Shown piece after piece: positions 1 to 12,869 of a DNA stretch of 64,000 nucleotides. This stretch comes from Macrostomum lignano (lineage: Eukaryota), in NCBI GenBank assembly GCA_002269645.1, contig NIVC01000822.1, positions 1-64,000 of the forward strand. The letters are read 5' to 3'. Numbering within the stretch: position 1 is the stretch's first letter; every line of letters starts with the position of its first letter. The notes beneath the pieces are model-generated. The model saw only the letters and a program-made list of their open reading frames with translations, was not told the DNA's origin and ran no database searches. Both the position numbers and the translations under genes were made by a program.

Positions 1-1110
1 ATGTAAACAATCATAGAAGCGTCATGTAAACAATCCTAGAAGCGTCATGTAAACAATCCTAGAAGCGTCATGTAAACAATCCTAGAAGCGTCATGTAAAC
101 AATCCTAGAAGCGTCATGTAAACAATCATAGAAGCGTCATGTAAACAATCCTAGAAGCGTCATGTAATTAATCATAGAAGCGTCATGTAAACAATCATAG
201 AAGCGCGAAGTAAAAATCATAAAAGCGTCATGTAAACAATCATAGAAGCGTCATGTAAACAAGCATAGAAGAATGTAAACAATCATAGAAGCGTCATGTA
301 AAAATCATAGAAGCGTCATGTAAAAATCATAAAAGCGTCATGTAAAAAATCATAAAAGCGTCATGTAAAAATCGTAGAAGCGTCATGTAAAAATCATAGA
401 AGCGTCATGTAAAATCGTAGAATCGTCCTGCCAAAATCGTAGAAGCGTCATGTAAAAAATCATAGAAGCGTCATGTAAAAATCATAGAAGCGTCATGTAA
501 AATCATAGAATCGTCCTGCCAAAATCGTAGAAGCGTCATGTAAAAAATCATCAAAGCGTCATGTAAAAAATCATAAAAGCGTCATGTAAAAATCATAGTA
601 GCGTCATGTAAAAATCATAGTTGCGTCATGTAAAAAATCATAGAAGCGTCATGTAAAAATCGTAGAAGCGTCATGTAAAAATCATAGAAGCGTTATGTAA
701 AAATGATAGAAGCGTCATATAAAAAATCATAGAAGCGTCATGTAAACAATCATAGAAGCGTCATGTAAAAATCATAGAAGCGTCATGTAAAAAATCATAG
801 AAGCGTCATGTAAACAATCTTAGAAGCGTCATGTAAAAAATCGTAGAAGCGTCATTTAAAAATCATAGAAAGCGTTATTTAAAAAAATCATAGAAGCGTC
901 ATGTAAACAATCAGAGAAGCGTCATGTAAACAATCAGAGAAGCGTCATGTAAACAATCATAGAAGCGTCATGTAAAAATCATAGAAGCGTCATGTAAAAA
1001 TCATAGAAGCGTCATGAAAAAATCATAGGAGCCTCATTTAAAAACTAATGAAAGTGTCATTTAAAAAATCAAGAAGCATCATGGTAGAATAAAAGAAGCG
1101 TCATGTCAGA
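1..1110. repeat. ~23-bp minisatellite (ATGTAAACAATCATAGAAGCGTC), degenerating toward the 3' end
   Basis: Direct tandem periodicity visible from base 1; continues off the window's left edge. Confidence 0.97.
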
Positions 1111-1949
1111 CATGAAGGGTGTCATGTAAAAATAAATGCAGCTATAATGCTGTGCTGGGGAGAAAAACTGAGACGTCAAGGCTCTCAGAGAATAACTGAG
1201 ATTACGGGGGGGTTGCTAAGATGTCAAAGCAAAAGTCAGAAGCTACTTCAAAGTTCATGTACTTTACTCAATTTTTTTATTACATTCTTTGTTGGCTCGC
1301 CACGGGGGGGGGCGCTGATAGTAGAAAAGTCATGTAAAAAATAAAAGTAGCACTATGTATACATAAAAGAAAAGTCATGTCGAAGTTAAAAGATTCATTT
1401 GGGAATTGCTATGATGTCAAAGCTTGGAGGGAATCGTTACAGTGCTGTGATTCTTAAAGAAGGAATCACTAAAATGTCAAGGCTTAGGGGAGAAGAATTG
1501 CTGAGATTCAAGGCTTTAGGTTGGGTTAAAGTTAGGTTTAGGTCAGGTTTGGGTTGAGGGTTATATTTTATCGGGTTTCAAGGTTAACGGGGGATTTTTC
1601 AGATTTCAAAGTTTATGGAGGCCATCGCTGACATGTCAAGGCTTACGGGGGGAATAGCTGAGATGTCAAGGCTCACGGGGTATAAATGAGATTTCAAAGC
1701 TAAAGTCAGAAGCTACATGTAAACAATCATGTAAAGTTTATTGAAAACTTTTTATTACATTATTTGATGCCTCCTCAGGGGAGGGATCGCTGATAAAAAA
1801 AGCGTAATGTAAAAAATAAAAGAAGCTTCATGTCGAAGTTAAGATATTCATTTGGGAATCCCTACGATGTCGAGGCTTGCAGGAAATCGCTATAATGCTG
1901 TAGCAGTGCTATAATGACTCTTAGAGAGAATTACTGAAATGTCAATGCT

Positions 1950-1999
1950 TTAGGGTTAGGTTAGGGTTAGGGTTAGGGTTAGGCTAGGGTTAGGGTTAG
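1950..1999 (+). repeat. Interstitial telomeric repeat (TTAGGG)~8
   Basis: TTAGGG TTAGG TTAGGG TTAGGG TTAGGG TTAGG CTAGGG TTAGGG TTAG; a more degenerate tract lies at about 1515-1560. Confidence 0.9.
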
Positions 2000-2226
2000 A
2001 AGGTTGACAGATTTTTTAGATTTCCAAGGCTTATTGGGGGCATTGCTGAGATGTCAAGGGGGGGAGTTGATATGTTAAAGCTTGTGGTGGGGAATTACTG
2101 ACATGTCAAGGCTTACAAGGTTTGACAGGAGATTTTTTAAGATTTCAAGGATACATGTAGCTTATTAAAAAAACGTGTAGCTATTGCATTTCTTTGGCTC
2201 CCCAACGGGGGGCGTAGATTGCTAGT

Positions 2227-4532
2227 TCTCTATCTAAATGTAAAGTTTCAACTCTGTAACTCAATCGAAAAAGAAACTGTAAGCATGTGAAGTTTGTCTG
2301 CTTTTTCTGTTGTTTGTGCCACTCACTCACTCATTGCCCCAGAGCCAGACGAAGGGTCAGACGATAGGACTGATGTACATAGCAAATGTACAGTGTTTTG
2401 GAATAACTTTATTTACAGCCTTCTCTGCACCCCGAGAGTGGAGAGGCTACGTTTAGCCAAAACAGTTTAGTGAGAAATTCTAACCACTGCCCTCCCCTCT
2501 GTATTGGCAAACTCTGCAGCAGTTTAACAGTGGATGGCAATTGGCAATTGGCAAATCGAGGGAATCCACTATCCAGCATGGTTTGTAAAAGCGAAAGATT
2601 TATGAAAAGGCGATGCGATGCAATGCAATACAACCCTACTAAATTAGGCACACCATGGAAATTTTAGGTTTCTTTTAAAGCACTGTGTAAATATTAAATG
2701 GCCTTCTAAGATATGCGTAGTTCCTTGGTTGTTAGACTGATGCAGACTGCAGTGGAGCTGAAGATACACAAATTCCTTTCAGGGCTGCAAATTGGCAAGA
2801 AAGATGACGTGATCAAAGCATGAGAACAACCATGAGAGTACTACGTCCCACAAACTGGCTTTTCAAGCAGGAATGGGCAGACTTTTACCTCAAAGGCCAG
2901 AAAAGAATCCAGCTTATGGCTGAGGGGGCAGTTGAGAGTGGAGAGAAGGTTTAGACTATTCGAAAAGAGAGGAGAGGTGAGAGAGGGAATAAGATAAAAG
3001 ATTAAAGGTAATAGGAGAGATGAGGGAGTGAGGACGATGAGAGGAGAGAGTACAGAGGAGCGAGTAGAGAGGAGAGAGTAGAGGAGCGAGTAGAGAGGAG
3101 AGAGTAGATAAGCGAGTAGAGGAGCGAGTAGAGGAGAGAGTAGAGAGTAGAGTAGCGAGTGAAGAGGAGAGAGTAGAGAGGAGCGAGTAGAGAGGAGAGA
3201 GTAGAGAGGAGCGAGGAGAGAGGAGAGAGTAGAAAAGCGAGTAGAGAGGAGAGAGTAGAGTAGCGAGTGGAGAGGAGAGAGTATAGAGGAGCGAGGAGAG
3301 AGGAGAGAGTAGAAGAGCGAGTAGAGAGGAGAGAGTAGAGGAGCGAGTAGAGAGGAGAGAGTAGAGAGCTGCAGATGAGAGGAGAGCAGAGAGAAGAGCA
3401 GAGAGGAGTTAGTAAAGGGGAGAAAGTAGAGATGAGAGAGTACATGGAAGAGAGAAGAGATAAGGTTGTACAGATGAGAGAGGTGTAAGGAGAGATGAGA
3501 TGAGAGATGAGAGATAAAGGAGGAGAGGGGAGAGAGAAGAGACGAGACAAGAGAGGGAGAGAGTATATAGAAGAGGGAAGAGAAGAGAATAGAAGAAAGG
3601 GGAAAGGAAAGTGAGGAGACAAAAGAGGGGTAAGAAAAGAGTACAGAGGACAGAATGAGAGAACATATGACAGTAAAGATGACAGATGAAAGAGGGGGAT
3701 GAGCTGAGAGCAGAGACGAAAATGAACAGACGAGAGATGGGAGAGTAGAGAGAACAGAAGAGAGATAAGAGAGAAGAGATTGCAGAGACGAGAGGACAGA
3801 CAAAGGGAGAGAGAAGTGAGTGAGGCGAGAGGAGAGAAAAGAGGAGAATGAAGGGGAGAGAGTAGAGAGGAGAAGAAAGATGGGAGAGGAGAGATAAGAG
3901 AGAGGGGGGAAGCAGAGAGAGAGGGGGGGAAGCAGAAAGAAATGAAAAGAGATAAAAGAGAAGAGAGAGAAGAGAAAGGAGATACCAGAGAGCAAATAAA
4001 GACGAGAGAGAAGAGAGGTGAAGTAAAAGACGAGAGAAGAGTGGGAGGAGAAGAAAGAGAAAAGAAGAGAAAAGAGATGATATAAGAGAGATGAAAAAGA
4101 AGAGAAATGAGGGAAGATACGAGAGAAGAGAGGAGAGAGGAGAGAGGAAAAAGAGAAGAGAGGAGAGGAGAGAGAGCAGAGAGGAGAGACGAGGGACGAG
4201 AGAGAAGAGAGGAAACAGAAGAGAAGATAGAAGTTTCAAAGGATCCAAGGGACGTAGGGAGAGTCAGAGGCAGAGGCCAGAGTTTGCCAATACATGTTTT
4301 AGAGTCAGACAGACATTAATTGCCTATTTAAGTAAAAGCACCCCAGCCAACAATATCAATGTTTGCCTCAAATCCTAATTGTACGCGAACTCCATTTTGT
4401 TTACCTTTATCCTACTAACTGACTATTAACAAGTTTTTGTTTCAGTATGGGCTCAGATTTCAGAATACATGCAAAAATAGTTCCGGGGATTGGAATTCCC
4501 CGGGTTCAAAATCCGCGGGTTTCAACAGCTTG
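2227..4532 (+). mobile_element. Helitron-like element copy A (5' part missing relative to copy B)
   Basis: 2228-2960 aligns by eye to 5055-5760. Both copies end with hairpin CCGGGGA...TCCCCGG, then ATCCGCGGGTT, then CAACAGCTTG. Confidence 0.55.
2930..4270 (+). repeat. Long polypurine (GA-rich) low-complexity tract
   Basis: About 1.3 kb almost entirely A/G on the + strand, including (GAGAGTAGAGGAGCGAGTAGAG)-like subrepeats. Confidence 0.95.
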
Positions 4533-7500
4533 TCTCTACATATAAAAATCAAAACTCTGTCTGTCTGTGTGTGGACAATTTTGATCGCTATGGACTCCCA
4601 AACCGCTCAACCAAATGACACCAAACTTTACACCCACCCTAAACTTACTACGGAGAATGTCTTAGGCTACCTTTTAATTTCCTAGACTCAAGTCTTCCTA
4701 CCTAAAAGTACAAAAAACTGCTCAAAATGCGCGATTTTTTCACTAAATCCTCCATAGCGCCGCTCCACTTCTACCGATTCCCTTCAAATTTGACACAGGC
4801 AATTTTCAACTATTTTGACACAATCGTGTAAAATTTCAAATCTCAAAGTTAATCCTGAAAGCCGCTGTGCACTTTTAAAGTTAGGCTGTTTTTTTCAGCG
4901 AGGCAGCCACCCCAACCTCCGGCCGCCTGCCTCTCTTTCCCGATCTGGGCAAAGGGTGTGAATAGGTTTTAAAATGCCTAACTTTCGGCTGCCATAGTTT
5001 TGCTCCACGTGGAGCGATTGACTTCAAATTTGACACAATTCTTTATTGACTCATTCTCTGCCTACATGTAAAGTCTCAACTCTGTATCTCAATCAGGACA
5101 GAAACTGTAAGCATGTGAAGTTTGTCTGCTTTTTCTGTTGTTTGTGCCGCTCACTCACTCATTCCCCCAGCTCAGACGAAGGGTCAGGCGATAGGGCTCA
5201 ATGTACATAGCGAGTGTACAGTGTTTTGGAATAACTTTTTAATAGCCTTCTCTGTACCCCGCGACCGCGATTAGAGAGGCGTGGAGAGGAGAGACAGTTT
5301 AGCGAGAGATTCAAACCACTGTCCTCTGTATAAGACAAGTCTGCAGCAGTTTAACAGTGGATGGCAAATCAAGAGTCAAGACAATGGTGGGATGGTTTGT
5401 AAAAATAGCGAAAAATTAATGATTACAATGAACTGATTACAATGCGATCCTACTAAATTGCTTACACCATGAAAATTTTAACATTAAGATACAAATAAGG
5501 TACTTGAAAATTTAAAAAACCTCCTAAGAAATGCGTATTTCCTTGGTTGTTAGACTGCTGCAGACTGTGGTGGTGGAGCTAGAGAATGGAGATACACAAA
5601 TTCCTCTCAGGACTGCTAATTGGCCAGAAAGAGCACGAGAAATTATAACAACCATGATAGTACTACGCCCCACAAACTGGCTTTCGAAGCAGGGATCGGC
5701 AGATTTTTATCTCAAAGGCCAGATAAAGAATCAAGCTTATGGCTGCGGGCCAGATGAGAGTGAAAAGAAAAAGGAATAGACTATTAGAAAGGGAGGAGGG
5801 GATAAGAGAATAGATAGAAGATATCAGGAGAGACGGTGGGTCGAGGGCAGAGCAGAGAATATGGGAGTCGGGAGGAAGAAGCGAGAGGAGGGAAGAGAGA
5901 AGGGAGATGGAATTAGAGGTGAGAAGATGGAGAGAGAAGAGGGGAGAGATGAGACAGAGGATCAATGAGAGAGGAGAGTAGAGAAGAGTGAGAAGAGATG
6001 AGAGATGAGAGAACAGAGAGGCAGATGAGAGAGGATCGAGAGGAGAGATTAGAAAGGATAGAGAAGAGAGGAGATAAGAGGGGGATAAAGGGGAGAGAGA
6101 GGAGTGAGAAGAGGAGATAAGAGATGAGAGAGGGAAGAGTGAGAAGATGAGATAAGATATAAGATATAAGAGATAAGAGAGACGTACGAGGAGGTTGAGG
6201 AGAGAGCAGAGAATATGGGACGAAGAAGCGAGAGGAGGGGAGAGAGAAGGGAGAGGAAATAGTAGAGGTGAGAAGATGGAGAGAGAAGAGGGGAGAGATG
6301 AGACAGAGGATCGATGAGAGAGGAGAGTAGAGAAGAGTGAGATGAGAGAACAAAGAGGAGATGAGAGTATCGAGAGGGGGGATTAGAAAGGATAGAGGGG
6401 ACGAGATAAGAGGGGGGAGACGAGTGAGAAGAGAGAAGATAGAGATGAGAGAGAGAGAGTTGAGAAAGAAGAGAGGAGAAAGGAGAGATGATAGAGTAAA
6501 GGGAAGAGGAGGAGAGAGGAAAGATATGAGATTGTAGAGATGAGTGAGATGAAAGGAAATATGAGAGAGTAGAGTGGAAATGAGAGATGAAGGAAGAGAG
6601 AGCAGAGTGCGGAGAGGCGAGAGAAGAGAATAGAGGGGTGAGAGTATAGAAGAGGGAAGAGAAGAGAGGAGTAAGGAAAGAGAGGAGTCAGAAGAGGGGA
6701 AAGAGAAGAGTACACAGTAGAGAGGAGAGTAGAGATGACAGAAGAGAGAGGGAAATGAGAGAGCAAAGATGAGAGTGAACAGACGATATAAGAGAGGAGA
6801 GAGGAGAGTGGAGAGAGAAGAGAGAAGACAAGAGAGGGAGAGAGTATAGAAGAGAGAAGAGAAGAGACGAGAAGAAAGAAGAAAGGAAAGAGAGTCCTGA
6901 GTCAAAAAAAGGGGAAAGAGAGGAGTACAAGAAGAGAGAGGTGAGAGAACATATGAGAGTAAAGATGACAGATGAGAGAGGGGAGATGAGAGAGCAGAAA
7001 CCAGAGTGAACAGACGAGAGATGGGAGAGTAGAGAGAAGAGAGGAGAGATAAGAAATAAGAGATGAGATGTGGGGACAAGGGAGAGATGAGAAGTGAGTG
7101 AGGAGAGAGGAGGGGAAGGGAGAGAATTGAGAGGACAGGGGAAATTGGTGAAAAGGACGAGAGAGGAGAGGAAAGAGAGGAGAGATTAGAGAGAAGAGAG
7201 ATAGGATAGGAGAGAGCAGAGAGATGAGAGGAGAGAGTGGACAGAGGAGAGGAAAGAGTTGAGAGAAGAGAGGAAAAAGGAGAGAGTAGAGATAAGGCAA
7301 GTGTTGAGAGAGGGTAGAGTAAGGAGTGAGAAGAGAGGTGAGGGAAGAGAGAGCAGAGAGCAGAGGGAAGAGAGAGTAGAGAGCAGAGAGAAATGAGAAA
7401 AGATAAAACAGGAGAAAGGAGATATGAGAGACCAGAGACCAGAGCGAAGAGAGGAGAAGAGAGAGAAAAGAATAGAGGGGAGAGGGAAGAGATGAGAGAA

Positions 7501-7865
7501 GAGACGAGAAAGGAGAGAAGAAAGAAGAGATAAGAGGGGAGAGAGAGAAGAGACGAGAGAGAAGATAGGAAACAGAAAAGAAGATGGAAGTTTCAAAGGA
7601 TGCAAAGGACATAGGGAGAGGCAGAGGTACGTAGAGGCCAGAGTTTGCCTGACATTCTGCGCAGCACCCCAGCCAACAATATCAATGTTTGCCTCAAATC
7701 CTAATTTTACATGAATGTACACTATTTTATGTTTAACTCTATCCTAACTATTAACAAGGGAACAAGTTTTTGTTTGAGTTTTACCTCAGATTTTAGAATA
7801 CATGCAAAAAAAATTCCGGGGAATGGAGTTCCCCGGGTTCAAAATCCGCGGGTTTCAACAGCTTG
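4533..7865 (+). mobile_element. Helitron-like element copy B
   Basis: Starts TCTCTACATATAAAA...CTGTCTGTCTGTGTGTG directly after copy A's CTTG. Ends with hairpins and CAGCTTG followed by T. No RepHel ORF. Confidence 0.6.
5750..7620 (+). repeat. Long polypurine (GA-rich) low-complexity tract, paralogous to 2930-4270
   Basis: About 1.9 kb A/G tract; shares segments such as GAGAGGGAGAGAGTATAGAAG with the first tract. Confidence 0.95.
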
Positions 7866-10458
7866 TATTATTATATATAAAATAGTTTTTTTACTTTTTC
7901 ATGGTGTTTTTTGCTAAAAATTGATATTCTTTGTTTTAATTATGCTTTTCTCTTAAATTTCATTAATATTTTGTATTTTAGTTTTTGATTATTTTTAAAA
8001 GAGCTTATATTGGTTGATATTTAACTACACAATTACATTAGCCCTGACATGGCTATTTTTTGTATGCCAAAATACTGCACATATATACTTTATGTTGAAC
8101 CTGAAAATTCTATATGCCAAGTGTATGCCAAGATTGTTAGTGAAAGCAAAAATATGCCAGAATTTTCTGATGTAAAGGCCACCTGGACTATGGCTTGGCC
8201 AATTTCGCCAGGTGGCAAGAGGTCTAGGCTTGGCCAAGGTAAGTTGCAAGAATGCTAATCTAAAAAACATGGATCCTAGTCAAATTGTCAACTTCATAGT
8301 CTGGATCATGCTTGGTGCATACCAAAGAAAAATTAAATAGGCCTAATTACAAATGTAGGCATACACCAAACATTTTTAGTACACTCTCACATTCTTAAAT
8401 CTATGCTGGTGTTGCAACTATAAATGACCTTTTTATGTTGCAACAATAAAAGGCTGTTTTAGATTGCACAAACAACTTTTTGATGACTAAACTGGTTGAT
8501 TTTTGATTTTTTACATTTACTAGACCTATTAAGTGCCAAATCAATACATGCAAAGATTTGTTCAAATGTTTTATTACATGCTAAAATAACTAGAAGGCTT
8601 GATATTTATGCTTAAAAATGAACTTTTTCATCTTTTTTATAGTTAACACTAATTTTTCTGCGCTATTTTATAAGGCACATGCTAGATTGGTGTGCATGCA
8701 TACTATTTTTATGCCATACTATTTTCATTTCATTTTCATGCTAGAATGATGCATGCCAATAGTGCATGCCTACTTTGGCAATCTTTTGGATGACTATCAT
8801 TTCTACCATTGAAGTTTGTCTCTGTTGTCTATTCAAACTGAAAAAAACTACAATGTTATAAAGTTAAAAATTAGTATATAGTTTAAAAAACCAGCCTATA
8901 ATTATTCAGTTTCAGAAAGCAATCATTTAAATAAGACTTTTATATACAAATGATTGTATTTCAAAACTACATTAGAAAAAGGGACATTTTCTATATGATT
9001 ATACTTTTTTATAGCACTTAAATAGTCATCTTGTATATATTCAGTTTTAGAAAGCAATCATTTAAATAGAAATTTTGTATACAAATGATTGTGTTCCAAA
9101 ACTATAAAAGAAAAGGTAACATTTTTTTTATTTTTTTGATTCTTCTAGCAAACAATTCCTCAAATGTAAGCACTGTACTTTCAGTTAATAGTCTTTTGTA
9201 TATAATAGTAGTATTAAAATGATCCTCTTCCAAACTTAAAATAAGTGCCTTGGCATACATTTTGCTTTGTAACCTTTTCAATTCTCTCTTTAAATAGTTT
9301 TCTTTATACTTTGTATGAAGTTAAAGTGGAGGCCTCATCATTTTAAAAACTTCCAAGCTTTATTTATTTTATTCAAAAAAATTTTCAAGGTGATCACTTC
9401 ACTTGGTGATTGCCATCCAAAAGATTGCCCCTACTTTTGGCATGCAAGGCCAATGCATGCCCAAATTTTTGGTCGTATATTACATGATCCGGAGTGTGGT
9501 ATCAACTGGTGTTTTTTCAACTGGGGAGCCATTGCCCTAAGGTCACTTTGTCAATTAGCCAATTAGTTGACCTCTAAACATGGTCATTTTGTTAATTGCC
9601 AATTGTAGCACTTTAAAATAGTGGTCACTGTCAACTGTGCATTACGTAGGCTTAATATATGTAGTGCAGTATTGTATATATATGTTCATAGCTATATCTG
9701 TGCCAAGAATTGTTTAACTTTCTTACTAGAATGAAGCAGGTTAATTAATTTCAAACTACCTATAGTCAAGAAGATGGCCTTTTCACTGAAAAGTCCAGCA
9801 TAAAAAAGAGTTAGATCTATGCCACACTGGCACATTCAGGTGCAATAGTAGGCAAGGGAAAAATCTGGCATAGTATAGTGTAAGACTAAAAAATGGGCAC
9901 AATTTGCTACTAGACAAAGACTTTCATTGAGAATTTTTGTAGATAGAAAATCAGCCTGTAATTTATTATTATTAGCACTTTTTTGTTTGTTAGTATATTG
10001 ACAGTCTTTTAAATTAAAATATATTAACATTGCATTTTCTATAAAAACTGATTCAAATACAAGTTTTACTGGTATTTTTCAAACATAAAATATAGATTTT
10101 TGTGACATGGTGCAAGCAGACTTTTTGGATAGGATTTGTTCCAGCACAGGAATGCCATGATCCTGACTATAGCAAAGTACAACATATTGCATTGACATAT
10201 TGTTGTTTCCAAAATGTATAACTAAAATGTATGTTTAGATTTTCTAAGTTTTTTAAATTCAAAATCAATTTCAAATTTCTAAATTGAGTTATTAAAAAGT
10301 AAAAATGTATTTTAAAACAAATGATGACTAATAATAAAAATTTATTAATTAATCATTCAATAATAAACTTTAATTTATAAATCATAAATAAAACTTTTAT
10401 ACAAAGCTCAATTTATATATATATATATAGCATCAAAGTAACTTTAATTAAAAATGAA

Positions 10459-10922
10459 ATCACTTTGTGAATTGCAAATGCTGCTACCCCTGCCAAATAG
10501 TCACTTTGTGAATTGCAAATACTGCTACCTCTACCAAATAGTCACTTTGGGAATTGCAAATGCTGCTACCCCTACCAAATAGTCACTTTGTGAATTGCAA
10601 ATGCTGCTAACCCTGCCAAATAGTCACTTTGTGAATTGCAAATACTGCTACCCCTACCAAATAGTCACTTTGGGAATTGCAAATACTGCTACCCCTACCA
10701 AATAGTCACTTTGGGAATTGCAAATACTGCTACCCCTACCAAATAGTCACTTTGGGAATTGCAAATGCTGCTACCCCTACCAAATAGTCACTTTTTGAAT
10801 TGCAAATACTGCTACCCCTACCAAATAGTCACTTTGGGAATTGCAAATACTGCTACCCCTACCAAATAGTCACTTTGTGATGAATTGCAAATACTGCTAC
10901 CCCTGCCAAATAGTCACTTTGT
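10459..10922. repeat. 41-bp minisatellite (~11 copies)
   Basis: Unit AAATAGTCACTTTGTGAATTGCAAATGCTGCTACCCCTGCC. Confidence 0.97.
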
Positions 10923-11626
10923 CAACTATTTGACAAAATGCCAGCTGACAAATCACTGATGTTGTTCTAGACTTGGGACTGCATCGAGTTATACCAGATT
11001 CGGATTTCTCCTCCTGGACCAAGCTCATTAAGGTGACAGCTTACGTCCTTCTGTCAAGAACCTACTAGTTCAAACTTCCAGAAGCAACTAGCGACCAAAA
11101 ATATAGATGTAATACTTATTAGATGACAAGACATTTAGCCTTAATTATACAATTATAGTTACTCTTGCTATTTATCTAAAATTATGCTAATTTTTGTTTT
11201 AGGGTTTCTTTCACAAGTAAGTTGCATTTTTGGTCAAAAAGTAAGTTGCATAGCCAAGTGAAATTTTGAAGCTAGGCATATATGATTACAATTATAAGCC
11301 TGGTAAGAAACAATTATCCTAGCAAAGTCTACAATCCTGCTAACTATGCCACTACAATTCCAATTGGCACATTTCTATTTTGTCCTTTGGCACAGTTAGC
11401 TCAGTTGGCATCGTTACAACACAATTATACTAATTAGCACATTATTGTGCCGAATAGAACAAAATAACAATTAGGAACAGTTGCAATTGTGCCACAACTC
11501 TGCCATAACTGTTGATTAAGCCCATTTTTGTTGCTAATTGACAATTATTTTTCTATTCATATCTATGTTTTATGTGCCATTTGACATAGTGAATATATAT
11601 TACCAAAGAAGAATTATACATGTGTA

Positions 11627-11961
11627 TTTATAAACATACATGCCCAACACCCATCCAACCCGTCCGAACCAGATGGGTGAAATGGCTGCCGGTCAAGGGA
11701 AGTCGCAAAATCGAAAACGCGAAAAATGAAAAATGGGGGAAGAAAGAAAGAAGAGGAAGAGAAAGGGAAAAGAATGGAGGGAGAAGAGAGAGAGGGAAAG
11801 AGGAGAGAGAAAGAGAGAGAAGAAAAGAAATAAAAGAAAATAAAAGTCATATACAAAGTAAAAATTAAGTCTCAATCAGCCGAAACTAAATTGCAAATCT
11901 AGACAAAACTAAGTCACACTGGACGGGTGAAATTTTGAGGTTGGGTATGTATGTTTATAAA
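11627..11961. mobile_element. MITE-like element (~335 bp) with 22-bp terminal inverted repeats
   Basis: TTTATAAACATACATGCCCAAC (11627-11648) versus the reverse complement of 11940-11961 has one mismatch. A sub-terminal ACCCGTCC/GGACGGGT pair and a GA-rich core are present. Confidence 0.65.
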
Positions 11962-12081
11962 AATGATTTGCATTCTTTAACCACGTGACTTTAATCTTTC
12001 TATTGATATGTCTTGAATTATTGAAACCGAATACTATGAATAAATCCATACAAAGTGTCCCCTATCGCTGCCGCCTCACAG

Positions 12082-12668
12082 GTTGTTCTGGAACACGAAA
12101 TTCTGCTGCACCCACGCTACTTTGGGCCAGAAATCCAGCAGATTATTACAAAGAAGCTGCACTCTGAGGTCGAAGGTACCTGCAATGGAAAGTAGGTTGT
12201 CACAGCGCTGGTATTGCTTGGCTTCTGTAAACTTTAGTGCCATTTGTTGGGCTCGAACCGCTTGCCAATCGCAGGTACGGCTTCATTGTTTGCGTGAGCC
12301 GCGTCACCCACGTCGGCGACGGCATCATCCAGCCGGGCCGCGGCTTCGTGCTCTACCCCGTCAAGTACAATGCCGTGGTGTTCCGGCCCTTCAAAGGCGA
12401 GGTGCTGGACGCGGTGGTCACTCAGGTGAACAAGGTGGGGATCTTCACCGAGGCAGGGCCGCTGTCTGTCTTCATCTCCCGGCACAGCATCCCGGGCAAC
12501 ATGAAATTCGACCCAACCAGCAACCCGCCGTGTTACAAGACTGAGGACGAGGAGAGCGTCATCCAGGAGGATGACGACATCCGCATCCGCATCATGGGCA
12601 TGCGGGTCGACGCCAACGATATTTTCGGGGTGGGCACTCTGATGGACGACTTTCTGGGGCTCAGTTGA
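12082..12668 (+). CDS. POLR2G: RNA polymerase II subunit RPB7 (first few codons not located)
   Basis: Exons 12082-12191 and 12275-12668 (GT-AG, phase 2) give [16 protein letters not shown]...[12 protein letters not shown]...[35 protein letters not shown]...SNPPCYKT...LMDDFLGLS*, which is unmistakably RPB7. Confidence 0.96.
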
Positions 12669-12869
12669 ACTGCTCGGGATTTTCTGTACCTTTGCTGCTG
12701 CATTTCTGCTTCTGTTGCTGCTCTGTAGCTGGCAATCTGCTTGCTGTATTGTGCGTGTTTTTTGCGTAGCGACTGAAGCTGTTATTCTACTGATTGTGCG
12801 TTTGTTGCATGTACCTTGGCGTAGCATTATCAGCAGCGTTGTTTCATACAGCATCATTCTCACTTACAG

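Larger units (their letters stand above)
1..2225 (+). mobile_element. 3' portion of a Helitron-like non-autonomous element (hairpin + CTAG terminus)
   Basis: GCTCCCC-AAC-GGGGGGC hairpin (2197-2213) followed 8 nt later by CTAG (2222-2225) and T. Degenerate copies of this end occur near 1295-1320 and 1765-1795 within ~450-bp repeated units. Confidence 0.45.

Noticed and set aside
2841-7722. Long Leu/Ser-rich ORFs on the minus strand and Arg/Glu-rich ORFs on the plus strand
   Set aside because: They are by-products of stop-poor CT/GA low-complexity tracts, with no domain features or splice support.
7900-10450. AT-rich region with short ORFs (e.g. 8049-8258)
   Set aside because: No recognisable protein motif, TIRs or repeat structure that I could support.
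11565-11573. ATGTTTTAT (MFY) as RPB7 exon 1
   Set aside because: It is followed by a poor donor (GTGCCA) and is one residue short of the conserved MFYH. Not excluded, but unsupported.
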